Program-made: the position numbers and the translations under genes
Assembly: GCA_040767965.1 (NCBI GenBank)
Contig: JAXGNR010000004.1
Coordinates: forward strand, 576,001 to 640,000
From: Atribacterota bacterium
GTDB taxonomy: Bacteria; Atribacterota; Phoenicimicrobiia; Phoenicimicrobiales; Stramentimicrobiaceae
DNA: 64,000 bases
Reading direction: 5' to 3'
Shown: positions 21,325 through 32,120 of the stretch, piece by piece
Layout of the letters: each line of letters starts with the position of its first letter
How positions within the stretch are numbered: the stretch's first letter is position 1
Notes under the pieces: generated by a model
The model's database searches: none
Seen by the model: only the letters and a program-made list of their open reading frames with translations
Told to the model about the DNA's origin: nothing

Positions 21325-21954
21325 ATGAGTATTTCAGTTATTATACCTGCATATAATGAAGAAATTACTATTGGAGATATAATTAAGACTGTTAAAAAAG
21401 TTCCAGAAATAAATTCAATTATTGTAGTAAGTGATGGTTCTACTGATAAAACTGCATTAATCGCTGGATCTTTTGAAGTAGAAGTATGTAATTTAAAAGA
21501 AAATATAGGCAAAGGTGCTGCAATAAAAAAAGGTTTTGAAAAAACGAATTCTGATATACTGTTATTTTTGGATGCAGATTTAATAGGGCTAACTGAAGAT
21601 CATATATATTCATTGATAAAGCCAATTCAAAAAAATGAAGTCGATATGACTATTGGAGTGTTTTCCAAAGGAAGATTTCTTACTGACTTACCTCAAATTT
21701 TAACTCCTTATCTTTCTGGGCAAAGAGGCGTAAAAAGAGAAATTATTAATAATTTACCTGATTTAGATATATTAAACTATGGATTAGAAATGGCTATAAC
21801 AAAAGTAGTTAAAAAAAATAATTATCAGGTTCAAATAGTAAAATTACATAATTTAACGCAAAGAATTAAAGAAGAGAAGTATGGCTTGGTAGAAGGTACA
21901 AAAAAACGGATAAAAATGTATTTAGATATTATAAAACAGTTAAAATCTGATTAA
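21325..21954 (+). CDS. Glycosyltransferase family 2 protein
   Basis: SVIIPAYNEE, VVSDGSTD, NIGKG, FLDADL (DxD). Confidence 0.88.
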   Translation: MSISVIIPAYNEEITIGDIIKTVKKVPEINSIIVVSDGSTDKTALIAGSFEVEVCNLKENIGKGAAIKKGFEKTNSDILLFLDADLIGLTEDHIYSLIKPIQKNEVDMTIGVFSKGRFLTDLPQILTPYLSGQRGVKREIINNLPDLDILNYGLEMAITKVVKKNNYQVQIVKLHNLTQRIKEEKYGLVEGTKKRIKMYLDIIKQLKSD

Positions 21955-22098
21955 GTTTTTATTAAAAATTAAAATAATTCAATTAATGTTAATAGTATTT
22001 TAAAACCAAGCTTCAAATAAATACATCAAAAAAATAATTGGCAATTTAACAATTAAGTTATAATTGCTTTTGCTTTAAATAAAAATATTACTGTAAAA

Positions 22099-22127
22099 TT
22101 GACTAATAAAAAAATATATGGTAAATT
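22099..22127 (+). promoter_or_regulatory. Putative sigma70 promoter of V/A-ATPase operon
   Basis: TTGACT-N17-TAAATT with TG extension; AT-rich background lowers specificity. Confidence 0.4.
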
Positions 22128-22233
22128 TTTAAAGTGTTTTATTTTTTAATAAATTATTTTTGATGATATATTTAGAAATATAATACAGAAATATTTCTAA
22201 ATATATAAAAATTTCTTTATCGGAGAGCTGAAA

Positions 22234-22551
22234 ATGTTAAAAAAAACTATAAAAGAATTGAAAAGTGCAGAAAATGAAGCTGAACAAATAGTTGAAAACG
22301 CAAAAAAAGAATTTCAAATAATGATTCAAAACAAAAAGAAAGAACAAAACATTACAAAAGAAAAGTTGATTGATGAATTAAACAGTAAAGGTCAAGAGAT
22401 AGTAATAGAAAAAATAAATAATGCTAAACAAAAATCAATAGAAATTAACAATGCCTGCAATAAACAGCAGGAATTAATAAGAAAGATTGCTCAGGATAAA
22501 TTTGAAGAAGCAATTAAAATGATAATTGATGAACTGGTAAAGGTAAAATAA
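22234..22551 (+). CDS. V/A-type ATPase peripheral stalk subunit G/H
   Basis: 105 aa charged coiled coil (IKELKSAENEAEQIVENAK), first gene of operon. Confidence 0.8.
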   Translation: MLKKTIKELKSAENEAEQIVENAKKEFQIMIQNKKKEQNITKEKLIDELNSKGQEIVIEKINNAKQKSIEINNACNKQQELIRKIAQDKFEEAIKMIIDELVKVK

Positions 22552-22552
22552 A

Positions 22553-24544
22553 ATGGCAGTATCAAAAATAAAAAAATTCCATATTTTTGCCCATTTATCT
22601 TTAAAGGAAAGCATGTTAAAAGAGTTACAGAAATTATCTTGTGTTGAAATAACAAAGATTGAAAAAAAAGCTCTTTTTCATGAATGGGAGAAGATAGGAG
22701 AAAATACTGATGATAATGTAACTTCTGAATTAAATAAAGTAAAATTTTGTATAGATCTTTTTAATTTATATAAAAATAGTGATGACAAAAAATCCGTTCG
22801 TATAATTCATGAAAAAGAAACTATTGATTATGAAGAATTATCTAAAATTATATCTAATTTTAATTATGATGAAATTTATCAAAATTGCAAAAATCTGGAC
22901 AGTGAGATAAATAATTTAAAATTACAAAAAAGTAAATTAAATAATACTTTTAATGAAGTCCTGGATTGGGAAGAACTGGAATTAGATTTAGCCCAAACAA
23001 ATAAATCCAGATATATTAATTACATATTGGCTACAGTCAACAAAAATGTACTCAATATTGTGAAGGAAGATCTGGCAAAAAAAAATATATTAAGTCTTAT
23101 TGAAATAGTAAAAGAAGAAAAAAATAATCTAAAAGTTATTATTATAGGATTAAAAGAAAAAAGTGAAGAGCTAAAAAAAATAATTCAAAAACATCAGGTA
23201 GAAATATTTAATTATCCGCAACCATTAACTGGCACGCCCAAACAAATTTTGTCAAACATAAAACTACAACTAGATAATATTGATAACAGATTGATTGAAA
23301 TAGCAGATCAATTAAAAAACATTGGAAAAGAAAATAAAGAAATTTATAAAATATACGACTATTTAGCAACTGTTAGAGATAAAGAATCCATAAAGGAAAA
23401 TATTATAAAAAGTGAAAACGCTTTTGTAATAAAAGGATGGGTAAAAAATAAGGAAATTCCTAAGCTAGAAAAAAAGTTAAATGAACATTTTAAAGAATAC
23501 GAAGTATTTTTTACTGAACCAGACAAGCAGGACCAGGTACCGGTATCATTGGAAAATCATAAGCTTGTTGAGCCGTTTGAGGTCATAACTGAACTATACA
23601 GTCTACCTAATTATTTCGAAATAGATCCTACACCGATATTATCAGTATTTTACTTTATATTTTTTGGTTTATGTTTATCAGATGTAGGGTATGGAGCAGC
23701 CATTGCTATAATCTGCTATTTGTCTATAAAGAAATTTAAATTAGAAGGAAGTGCGAAAAAGTTTTTGACCCTGTTATACTATTGTGGTATTGCAGGAATC
23801 TTTGGTGGCATACTGGTGGGAAGCTGGTTTGGTGATATACTAAATTATTTGCCATCCTCTTTAGGGAACTTGAGAAATATGCTTACACAGAAAATTGCAC
23901 TTTTTGACCCCACTAATAACCCCATTCCGCTTCTGATTCTAAGCTTAGTCTTAGGAGTTATCCATGTATATGTCGGAATTATATTAAAATTTGTGGATAA
24001 TATTAAAAGTAACAAATTAGCAGATGGCTTAATGGACCAAATTTCATGGATATTGTTCTTAACCGGAATAATAATGGTATTAGTTAAAGGGATGTTACCA
24101 GCGTATTTATCTTCCGTTGCTTGGGGATTATTGTTTTCTGGCATGTTAATTCTTGTGCTTACTCAAGGGAGAAACAACAAAAATATTATTATGCGAATCG
24201 GCAGCGGGATTTTATCTTTATATAATATCACTGGATATTTTAGCGACGTACTTTCATATTCCAGATTATTTGCTCTTGGTTTAGCTACAGGGATAATAGC
24301 AACAATGTTTAACATGCTGGCGAATATGGTTGATATACCTTTTATAGGAATAATTCTGACTATAATAATTCTATTTATCGGTCACGTATTTAACTTGCTT
24401 ATTAGTGGATTAAGCGCTTTTATTCATGATGCCAGACTGCAATATGTTGAATTTTTTACTAAATTTTATCAAGCTGGTGGTAATTCATTTCAACCTTTTG
24501 GATTAAAAACTACATACGTTAAAATAAAAGAAAAAAATGATTAA
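22553..24544 (+). CDS. atpI: V/A-type ATPase subunit I (NtpI)
   Basis: Soluble N-half plus TM C-half; EIDPTP, SDVGYG, DVLSYSRLFALGLA, RLQYVEFF. Confidence 0.95.
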   Translation: MAVSKIKKFHIFAHLSLKESMLKELQKLSCVEITKIEKKALFHEWEKIGENTDDNVTSELNKVKFCIDLFNLYKNSDDKKSVRIIHEKETIDYEELSKIISNFNYDEIYQNCKNLDSEINNLKLQKSKLNNTFNEVLDWEELELDLAQTNKSRYINYILATVNKNVLNIVKEDLAKKNILSLIEIVKEEKNNLKVIIIGLKEKSEELKKIIQKHQVEIFNYPQPLTGTPKQILSNIKLQLDNIDNRLIEIADQLKNIGKENKEIYKIYDYLATVRDKESIKENIIKSENAFVIKGWVKNKEIPKLEKKLNEHFKEYEVFFTEPDKQDQVPVSLENHKLVEPFEVITELYSLPNYFEIDPTPILSVFYFIFFGLCLSDVGYGAAIAIICYLSIKKFKLEGSAKKFLTLLYYCGIAGIFGGILVGSWFGDILNYLPSSLGNLRNMLTQKIALFDPTNNPIPLLILSLVLGVIHVYVGIILKFVDNIKSNKLADGLMDQISWILFLTGIIMVLVKGMLPAYLSSVAWGLLFSGMLILVLTQGRNNKNIIMRIGSGILSLYNITGYFSDVLSYSRLFALGLATGIIATMFNMLANMVDIPFIGIILTIIILFIGHVFNLLISGLSAFIHDARLQYVEFFTKFYQAGGNSFQPFGLKTTYVKIKEKND

Positions 24545-24601
24545 ATGATTAATTGCTAGTATTAATAGCAATTTAAATAAAAAATAAAAGAAAAAGATTG
24601 A

Positions 24602-25093
<492 letters not shown>

Positions 25094-25150
25094 AAAAAGC
25101 AACTTAATCTAACCTAATACTAATAAAATGAGAAAATACAGGAGTATTTT

Positions 25151-25762
25151 ATGCCCATTAAAGATATTAAGGAAAAAATAATCAATGATGCTATAGAGGA
25201 AAAGGAAAAATTATATCAGGAAGTTAATATATCCATAAAAGAACTAGAAGATGATTTTGAAAGGGAAAAGAAAAACCTGAAAGAAAATATTTTAGGCCGC
25301 TACAACCAGGAAGCTGAAATAAAGGAAAAAAATATTTTGACTGAAGCAAAGTTAGAAGCTAATAAAAAAATATTAGCTGAAAAACAAAGCATATTAAATA
25401 AAGTGTTTGATGAAGCTGCAAAGCGAATAAGTAATTTAGGTAAAGCAGAATATTTAGAGTTGATTGAAAATTTAATTATGGAAAATATTGAAACCGGGGA
25501 TGAAACCATATTTATTTCTGAAAAAGATAAAGCAGTGATCAATCAGGAATACTTAAAGACTATTAATAAAAAAATATTACAAATTGGTAAAAAGGGAGAA
25601 TTGTCTCTGTCTAATGATTATATTCCAATCAGCGGTGGTATCGTGATAGGCAAAGATGAAATAAAGAAAAATGCTTCAATTGAAATAATGTTAAACAAGA
25701 TCAAGGAAGATTATGAAACTAAGCTAAGCAATTTTTTGTTTCAATCAAGTAATGAGGGTTGA
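25151..25762 (+). CDS. atpE: V/A-type ATPase subunit E
   Basis: N-terminal coiled coil, ISGGIVI..NAS C-terminal motif, operon position. Confidence 0.9.
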   Translation: MPIKDIKEKIINDAIEEKEKLYQEVNISIKELEDDFEREKKNLKENILGRYNQEAEIKEKNILTEAKLEANKKILAEKQSILNKVFDEAAKRISNLGKAEYLELIENLIMENIETGDETIFISEKDKAVINQEYLKTINKKILQIGKKGELSLSNDYIPISGGIVIGKDEIKKNASIEIMLNKIKEDYETKLSNFLFQSSNEG

Positions 25763-25764
25763 TA

Positions 25765-26795
25765 ATGTTTTTAAAATATATTAATGAAAATACTAATGGT
25801 CAGGAAGAATATGGTTATGCCTGCGGTAGGATAAGAGAGCTTGAAAAAACTCTATTAACTTCTGAAATATTGAATAAATTGATTGAATCTACTGATTATG
25901 AATCTTGCTTAAGAATGTTAACTGAAATACCATTAGATGAGTATTTATTTGAGGAAAATCAAGACATTCCAATTCATTACTACTTAGACAACATAATGAA
26001 AAAAAATCTAAGAGTTATTGAAGAAATATCTCCTTATCCTTTTTTGCCAAAATTGCTTAAAAATAAATATGATTTTTATAATTTAAAAGTATTGTTAAAG
26101 GCAAAATTAACTTTCAGTAAAGATGAAATACCTGCTTTTGACATAGGCAATATTCCACTGGAAAGAATTAAAGAAGCAGTATTTGAAAATAAACTTCAAT
26201 CAGTGCCAATGCTGGTAGAAAGACTTATTAAAGAAGCTGAAGAAGAGTATATGAAAACTGACAGCTTGTTTATTTTAGAAACAATGTTGAGTAATGGTTA
26301 TTTTGAGATGATTTTTAATGAATTAAATAATATCAACAATGATTTTTTAACCAGTTACTACAAAACAGAAGTTGACTTGTTAAATATAATAATTGCCTGC
26401 AGGAGCAAAATTAGACATATAAAAAAAACAAATTTATTGGAATATTTAATAAAAAATGGCCGCATGCATATTAATAAATTAAGTCAAATATATGAAAATT
26501 CTATTCAGTCGTGGCCCAATTATTTTCAAAAACCGATTACGAAGCCCTAGTTAGTGAAGGAATAAAATATTGGCAAGATAATAAATCTTTAACTAGAATA
26601 GAAATATTAAAAGATAATTATTTACTTGATTTGTTAAAAATTGGTAAATACACATCTTTTGGTTTGGAAAGTATCATCGGTTATATTTACGCTAAAGAAA
26701 ATGATATAAAAAATATTCGCATAATTCTGAATGCTAAAAAATATTTATTATCAAAAAATATAATTAAAAATAATGTAAGGGATACTTATGTCTAA
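25765..26795 (+). CDS. atpC: V/A-type ATPase subunit C, frameshifted at ~26523-26532
   Basis: YGYACGRIRELEK, YDFYNLKVLLK; after TTTTCAAAAA the -1 frame continues KTDYEAL..FGLESIIGYIYAKENDIKNIRII. Confidence 0.9.
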
Positions 26796-27111
26796 AATAG
26801 CAATAATTGGAGAAAAAGATATTATATTTGGGTTCAGTCTTGTTGGATTCCAAACATTTCCAGTTGAAAAAGTTGAAGATGCAATAAAAGCATTAAAAGA
26901 ATGTTCAAAGAAAGAATATGCTATTTCTTTCATAACAAATGAAATTGCAGCTGAAATACTTGAAGAAATTGAAGAAATACAAAAAATATCTACAATGACT
27001 ATTTGTATCCTTCCAAGTAGAACTGAAAAAACTGATCTTAGCCTGAATATGTTAAGAAGAAATGTTGAAAAAGCTGTTGGTACAGATATTTTGTTTAGAA
27101 AAGAGGGATAA
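26788..27111 (+). CDS. atpF: V/A-type ATPase subunit F
   Basis: KIAIIGEKD..FGF..VG, VEKAVGTDI. Confidence 0.93.
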   Translation: MSKIAIIGEKDIIFGFSLVGFQTFPVEKVEDAIKALKECSKKEYAISFITNEIAAEILEEIEEIQKISTMTICILPSRTEKTDLSLNMLRRNVEKAVGTDILFRKEG

Positions 27112-27113
27112 GA

Positions 27114-28907
27114 ATGCAACAAAATGAAGGCAAAATCATAAAAGTTTCCGGCCCTGTAGTTATCGCAAGTGGGCTAAAAGGAGCTAAAATGTATGATGTT
27201 GTACAGGTTAGCAAGGACAAACTTATTGGTGAAATCATTGAATTACACAATGATAGAGCAACTATACAAGTATATGAAGAAACTTCTGGAATTGGTCCTG
27301 GCGAGCCAGTATTTACTACTGGTATGCCTTTAAGCGTAGAATTAGGTCCTGGTTTAATAAAATCCATATATGATGGTATTCAAAGGCCTTTAGATATTAT
27401 TTTCCAAAATGAGGGTTCTTTTATTGCGAGAGGTGTAGAGGCAGCAAGTCTAAATAGAGAAAAAAAATGGGAGTTTAAACCATTAAAGAAAAATGGAGAC
27501 AATGTCATTTCCGGTGATAAGTTAGGAGTTGTTCAGGAAACCTCTATTATTCCTCATTACATAATGGTACCACTAGGAGTCGAAGGAACAATTGAAAATA
27601 TCAAAGAAGGAAGTTACAAGATCACTGATACTGTAGCTGAGATCAAGGATAAAAATGGAAAAATACAAAAAATTCAAATGATCCAAAAATGGCCAGTAAG
27701 AAAGATGAGACCTTACAAAGAGAAAATGCCACCGAAAGAACCATTGATTACCGGGCAAAGAGTTATAGACACATTTTTTACCATAGCAAAAGGTGGTACT
27801 GCCTGTATACCGGGGCCTTTCGGTAGTGGGAAAACAGTTGTTCAACATCAGTTGTCAAAATGGTGTAATGCTGAAATTATAGTATTTATTGGTTGTGGAG
27901 AAAGAGGAAATGAAATGACAGATGTTTTACTTGAATTTCCAGAATTGATAGATCCGAATTCAGGAAAACCTCTTATGGAAAGAACAGTATTGATCGCGAA
28001 TACATCCAATATGCCTGTTGCCGCCAGAGAAGCATCTGTTTACACAGGTATTACTATTGCTGAATATTATCGCGATATGGGTTATAATGTTGCCCTAATG
28101 GCAGATTCTACATCTAGATGGGCAGAAGCTATGCGCGAGATATCCGGGAGGTTAGAAGAAATGCCAGGAGAAGAAGGATATCCGGCATATTTAGGAACCA
28201 GAATTGCCAGTTTTTATGAAAGATCTGGTAGAATTAAATGTTTATCTTCCGAAGATCAAGAGGCAACCATCAGTGTAATAGGGGCCGTTTCGCCACCAGG
28301 CGGAGACCTTTCTGAGCCAGTTACACAAAATACTTTGCGTACAGTGCAGGTATATTGGAGTTTGCAGGATAAATTAGCTTATAAAAGACATTTCCCGGCA
28401 ATAGATTGGCTTAAAAGTTATTCTCTTTATCTTGACCAGCTAAGTAGCTATTTTAATAGCGAGGTAAGTGATGATTTTATAAAGATTAGAACAATATCTA
28501 TGAGTCTTTTACAAGAAGAATCAGAACTTGAAGAAACAGTACGCCTGGTCGGTATAGATGCCTTATCAAGCCAGGAAAGGCTAACACTTGATACAGCTCG
28601 TTCAATAAGAGAAGATTTTTTACATCAAAATGCTTTTGATGAAATTGATACTTATACATCAATGAAAAAGCAATATATGATGTTAGAATTAATAATATTT
28701 TTCCATGAAAATGCAAAAAAAGCTCTTTTAGAAGAAGAAATAACCAATGACCAGATTAATCAATTATCAGTAAAAAATAAAATAATAAGATCAAAATTTA
28801 TTTCTGAAGATGAATTGGATAAATTTAATGAAATTAAAAAAGAAATTGTGAAAGAAATCAAATCCCTTTTCGCAGAGAAAAATGGAAAGGATGAACAGAT
28901 ATCATGA
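27114..28907 (+). CDS. atpA: V/A-type ATPase catalytic subunit A
   Basis: GPFGSGKT Walker [29 protein letters not shown]; no intein. Confidence 0.98.
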   Translation: MQQNEGKIIKVSGPVVIASGLKGAKMYDVVQVSKDKLIGEIIELHNDRATIQVYEETSGIGPGEPVFTTGMPLSVELGPGLIKSIYDGIQRPLDIIFQNEGSFIARGVEAASLNREKKWEFKPLKKNGDNVISGDKLGVVQETSIIPHYIMVPLGVEGTIENIKEGSYKITDTVAEIKDKNGKIQKIQMIQKWPVRKMRPYKEKMPPKEPLITGQRVIDTFFTIAKGGTACIPGPFGSGKTVVQHQLSKWCNAEIIVFIGCGERGNEMTDVLLEFPELIDPNSGKPLMERTVLIANTSNMPVAAREASVYTGITIAEYYRDMGYNVALMADSTSRWAEAMREISGRLEEMPGEEGYPAYLGTRIASFYERSGRIKCLSSEDQEATISVIGAVSPPGGDLSEPVTQNTLRTVQVYWSLQDKLAYKRHFPAIDWLKSYSLYLDQLSSYFNSEVSDDFIKIRTISMSLLQEESELEETVRLVGIDALSSQERLTLDTARSIREDFLHQNAFDEIDTYTSMKKQYMMLELIIFFHENAKKALLEEEITNDQINQLSVKNKIIRSKFISEDELDKFNEIKKEIVKEIKSLFAEKNGKDEQIS

Positions 28908-30289
28908 TAAAAGAATATACAACTATTACTGAAGTTAATGGACCCCTTATAATTGTTAATAAGGTATCAGATGTAAAATATGATGAATTAGTAGAAATTG
29001 AATTATCTGACGGAGAAAAAAGAAGAGGACAAGTATTAGAAATTACTGAAGATAAGGCAATAGTTCAAATGTTTGAAGGAACTACCGGTATAGATATTTC
29101 TAATACAAAAGTCAGATTCTTAGGCAGAGTTATTGAAATATCAGTATCAGGAGATATGCTTGGTAGAATATTTGATGGATCTGGTAGGCCTATTGACAAT
29201 GGACCAAGAATAATTGCAGAAAAAAAATTAGATATAAATGGTAGCCCTATAAACCCCTATGCAAGAGATTATCCTAATGATTTTATCCAAACAGGAATAT
29301 CTTCTATTGATGTGCTAAACACCCTGGTAAGAGGTCAAAAATTACCTATTTTTTCTGGATCCGGACTACCTCACTCAAAAGTAGCATCTCAAATTGCCAG
29401 ACAGGCTAAAGTATTAGGAAAAGAAGAAACATTTTCAGTTGTATTTGCAGCAATGGGGATTACATTTGAAGAAGCAAATTTTTTCATTAGTGACTTCAGA
29501 AGAACTGGTGCTATTGAAAAAAGTGTTATGTATATCAATTTAGCAAATGACCCTGCTATCGAAAGAATTATTACACCTAAAATGGCCTTAACAACTGCTG
29601 AATATTTAGCGTTTGAAAAAGACATGCACGTGTTAGTTATATTAACCGATATGACTAATTATTGTGAAGCGCTAAGAGAAGTTTCTGCAGCAAGAAAAGA
29701 AATACCTGGAAGAAGAGGTTATCCTGGTTACCTTTATACTGACCTGGCAACACTTTATGAAAGAGCTGGCCGTATAAAGGATAAAAAAGGCTCTATTACT
29801 ATGGTGCCAATTCTAAGTATGCCTGAAGATGATAAAACACATCCTATTCCTGATTTAACTGGATATATTACTGAAGGACAAATAATTTTAGCCAGAGAAC
29901 TGCACTTGAAAGGCATTTATCCGCCAATAAACGTATTGCCATCTCTGTCAAGACTAAAAGACAAAGGTATTGGCGAAGGGAAAACCAGGGAAGATCATGC
30001 AAATGTTATGAACCAATTATTTGCTTCTTACGCTAGAGGTAAAGAATCAAAAGAACTTGCTACTATCTTGGGTGAAGCGGCCTTGACAGAAGAAGATAAG
30101 AAATATGTTAAATTCTCTGATAAATTTGAGGAAATTTTTGTGCAACAAGGAGAAGATGAAAATAGAGATATTGAAAAAAGTTTAGCAATAGGATGGGAAG
30201 CATTATCAATATTGCCTATAAATGAATTAAAAAGAATAAAAGATGAATATATTGAAAAATATCTCCCTGATGCAGATACAAAAAAATAA
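28904..30289 (+). CDS. atpB: V/A-type ATPase subunit B
   Basis: [45 protein letters not shown]. Confidence 0.98.
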   Translation: MIKEYTTITEVNGPLIIVNKVSDVKYDELVEIELSDGEKRRGQVLEITEDKAIVQMFEGTTGIDISNTKVRFLGRVIEISVSGDMLGRIFDGSGRPIDNGPRIIAEKKLDINGSPINPYARDYPNDFIQTGISSIDVLNTLVRGQKLPIFSGSGLPHSKVASQIARQAKVLGKEETFSVVFAAMGITFEEANFFISDFRRTGAIEKSVMYINLANDPAIERIITPKMALTTAEYLAFEKDMHVLVILTDMTNYCEALREVSAARKEIPGRRGYPGYLYTDLATLYERAGRIKDKKGSITMVPILSMPEDDKTHPIPDLTGYITEGQIILARELHLKGIYPPINVLPSLSRLKDKGIGEGKTREDHANVMNQLFASYARGKESKELATILGEAALTEEDKKYVKFSDKFEEIFVQQGEDENRDIEKSLAIGWEALSILPINELKRIKDEYIEKYLPDADTKK

Positions 30290-30436
30290 TAATTTATTAT
30301 TATTATACATTGGAGTGAAGTGTAAATAATAAAATTATATTTATGCTTTTATCAATTTGATTATTATTAACATAATTCAGTTAATTTAATTACCTGATAT
30401 TTTTTATCACAAACTTAAAATAGGAGCTATATAATA

Positions 30437-31057
30437 ATGAAATTATCTGTTAATCCAAACAGGATGGAACTTCTAAGGCTAAAAAAGAGATTAACTTTAG
30501 CTAAAAGAGGATATAAATTATTAAAAGACAAAAGAGATGCTCTAATCCAAAAATTTATAACTTTGGTTTATGAAAATAAAAATGCCAGAGAAGAATTTGA
30601 AGAAAAAGTAAAAAAATGCATAAACAAATATCTTGTAGCTACCATGCCTATGAGTAGCAATGAAATAGAATCAATATTCTTATTTCCAAAAAGATCTATC
30701 GAAGTAAAAACAACCTATCAAAACATTATGAGTGTACATGTCCCTCGTTTTAAGATTGTTGAGAAAGGGAGTTTATATCCATATGGTATGGCAAATTCTA
30801 ACCCTGAATTAGATAGTGCGCTAAGAGAATATAAAGAAATATTACCACTTATGGTCAAGATGGCAGAGTTGGATAAAGCTGTTATTCTCCTAACCGAAGA
30901 AATTGAAAAAACCAGGAGAAGGGTTAATGCTTTAGAATATGTTATGATACCAAATCTGGAAGAAACTATAAAGTTTATCACCATGAAACTAGATGAAATG
31001 GCAAGATCTAATAATTCAGCTTTAATGAGGATAAAAGAAATGATTCGTGGGGAATAA
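30437..31057 (+). CDS. atpD: V/A-type ATPase subunit D
   Basis: PNRMELLRLKKRL..RGYKLLKDKRD, EIEKTRRRVNALE. Confidence 0.96.
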   Translation: MKLSVNPNRMELLRLKKRLTLAKRGYKLLKDKRDALIQKFITLVYENKNAREEFEEKVKKCINKYLVATMPMSSNEIESIFLFPKRSIEVKTTYQNIMSVHVPRFKIVEKGSLYPYGMANSNPELDSALREYKEILPLMVKMAELDKAVILLTEEIEKTRRRVNALEYVMIPNLEETIKFITMKLDEMARSNNSALMRIKEMIRGE

Positions 31058-31357
31058 TATTTTCTAAAATAAAAAACAGAAAATAATCAAGTCAGGTTAT
31101 TATGTTTTCTTCATCAATTTAATCATAATCTCTTTTTTAAGTTTATTATATTTATTTTTAAATCTTTTATAATTTTAATTTAAGCTTTTAAAATAAACTA
31201 CTAGTTTTACAAATTAGCGCAATTGTCTATACTTATCTTACAACAAAAAAACAACAACCCTATACCTATATATTTCTTGATATATATGGAACAAATTTGT
31301 GAAAATATAGATATTAAGATATAATTAACGGACAATATATACATATATTTTTAAAAA

Positions 31358-31430
31358 GTGCCCGTGGCTTAATGGATAAAGCGACGGCCTCCGGAGCCGT
31401 AGAGTGGAGGTTCGAATCCTCTCGGGCACA
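31358..31430 (+). tRNA. tRNA-Arg (anticodon CCG); CCA not encoded
   Basis: Acceptor GTGCCCG/CGGGCAC, D-arm GCTT..AAGC, anticodon stem ACGGC/GCCGT with loop CT-CCG-GA, T-loop TTCGAAT. Confidence 0.96.
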
Positions 31431-31477
31431 CTTTGCCTGAATATATTGACTAGAATTAAGAAAAACATTGGTAAAAA

Positions 31478-32095
31478 ATGTTATTATATAAAATTATCAA
31501 AACAATATTGTATGTTATAATACGAATATTTTGGCCGATTATCATAAATGGAGAAGAAAATACCAACATAGACGGTCCTTATATTTTAGCTGCTAATCAT
31601 ATAAGCTATTTAGATCCAATCATTCTGGGTATTTCTCTGAAAAAACCCATTAACTTTCTTGCCAAAAAAGAAGTTTTTGATAATCCTTTTCTTGGATTTT
31701 TGGCGAGAAATATTGGTGCTATACCTGTGGATAGAAAAAATGCTAGCTCAAATTCGCTAGCAGTTAAAAAAAGTTTAAATATATTAAATAAAGGTAAGGT
31801 TTTAGGAATATTTCCAGAAGGCACCAGGTCTTTAGACGGAAAACTGCTTAATTTTAATTCTGGTATTATAAAATTATCTTTAAAAACAGGAGCACCCGTT
31901 TTACCAGTTGGAATAATTGGTACATTTGATATTTACCCACCCAAATCGAAGATCCCCAAATTATTTTATAGAAAAAAAATAATTTTAAATATAGGAAAAC
32001 CAATATTTTTTAATAATACAAAAGCGAAAGATATACATTATCAGCAAGAATCATTAGAAATAATAAAAGAAAAGATAAAATATTTATCCGCATAA
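31478..32095 (+). CDS. plsC: 1-acyl-sn-glycerol-3-phosphate acyltransferase (PlsC family)
   Basis: NHISYLD (HX4D), FLAKKE, FPEGTRS. Confidence 0.9.
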   Translation: MLLYKIIKTILYVIIRIFWPIIINGEENTNIDGPYILAANHISYLDPIILGISLKKPINFLAKKEVFDNPFLGFLARNIGAIPVDRKNASSNSLAVKKSLNILNKGKVLGIFPEGTRSLDGKLLNFNSGIIKLSLKTGAPVLPVGIIGTFDIYPPKSKIPKLFYRKKIILNIGKPIFFNNTKAKDIHYQQESLEIIKEKIKYLSA

Positions 32096-32120
32096 TTTAA
32101 AATAAGGTTTAGAGGTTTAT

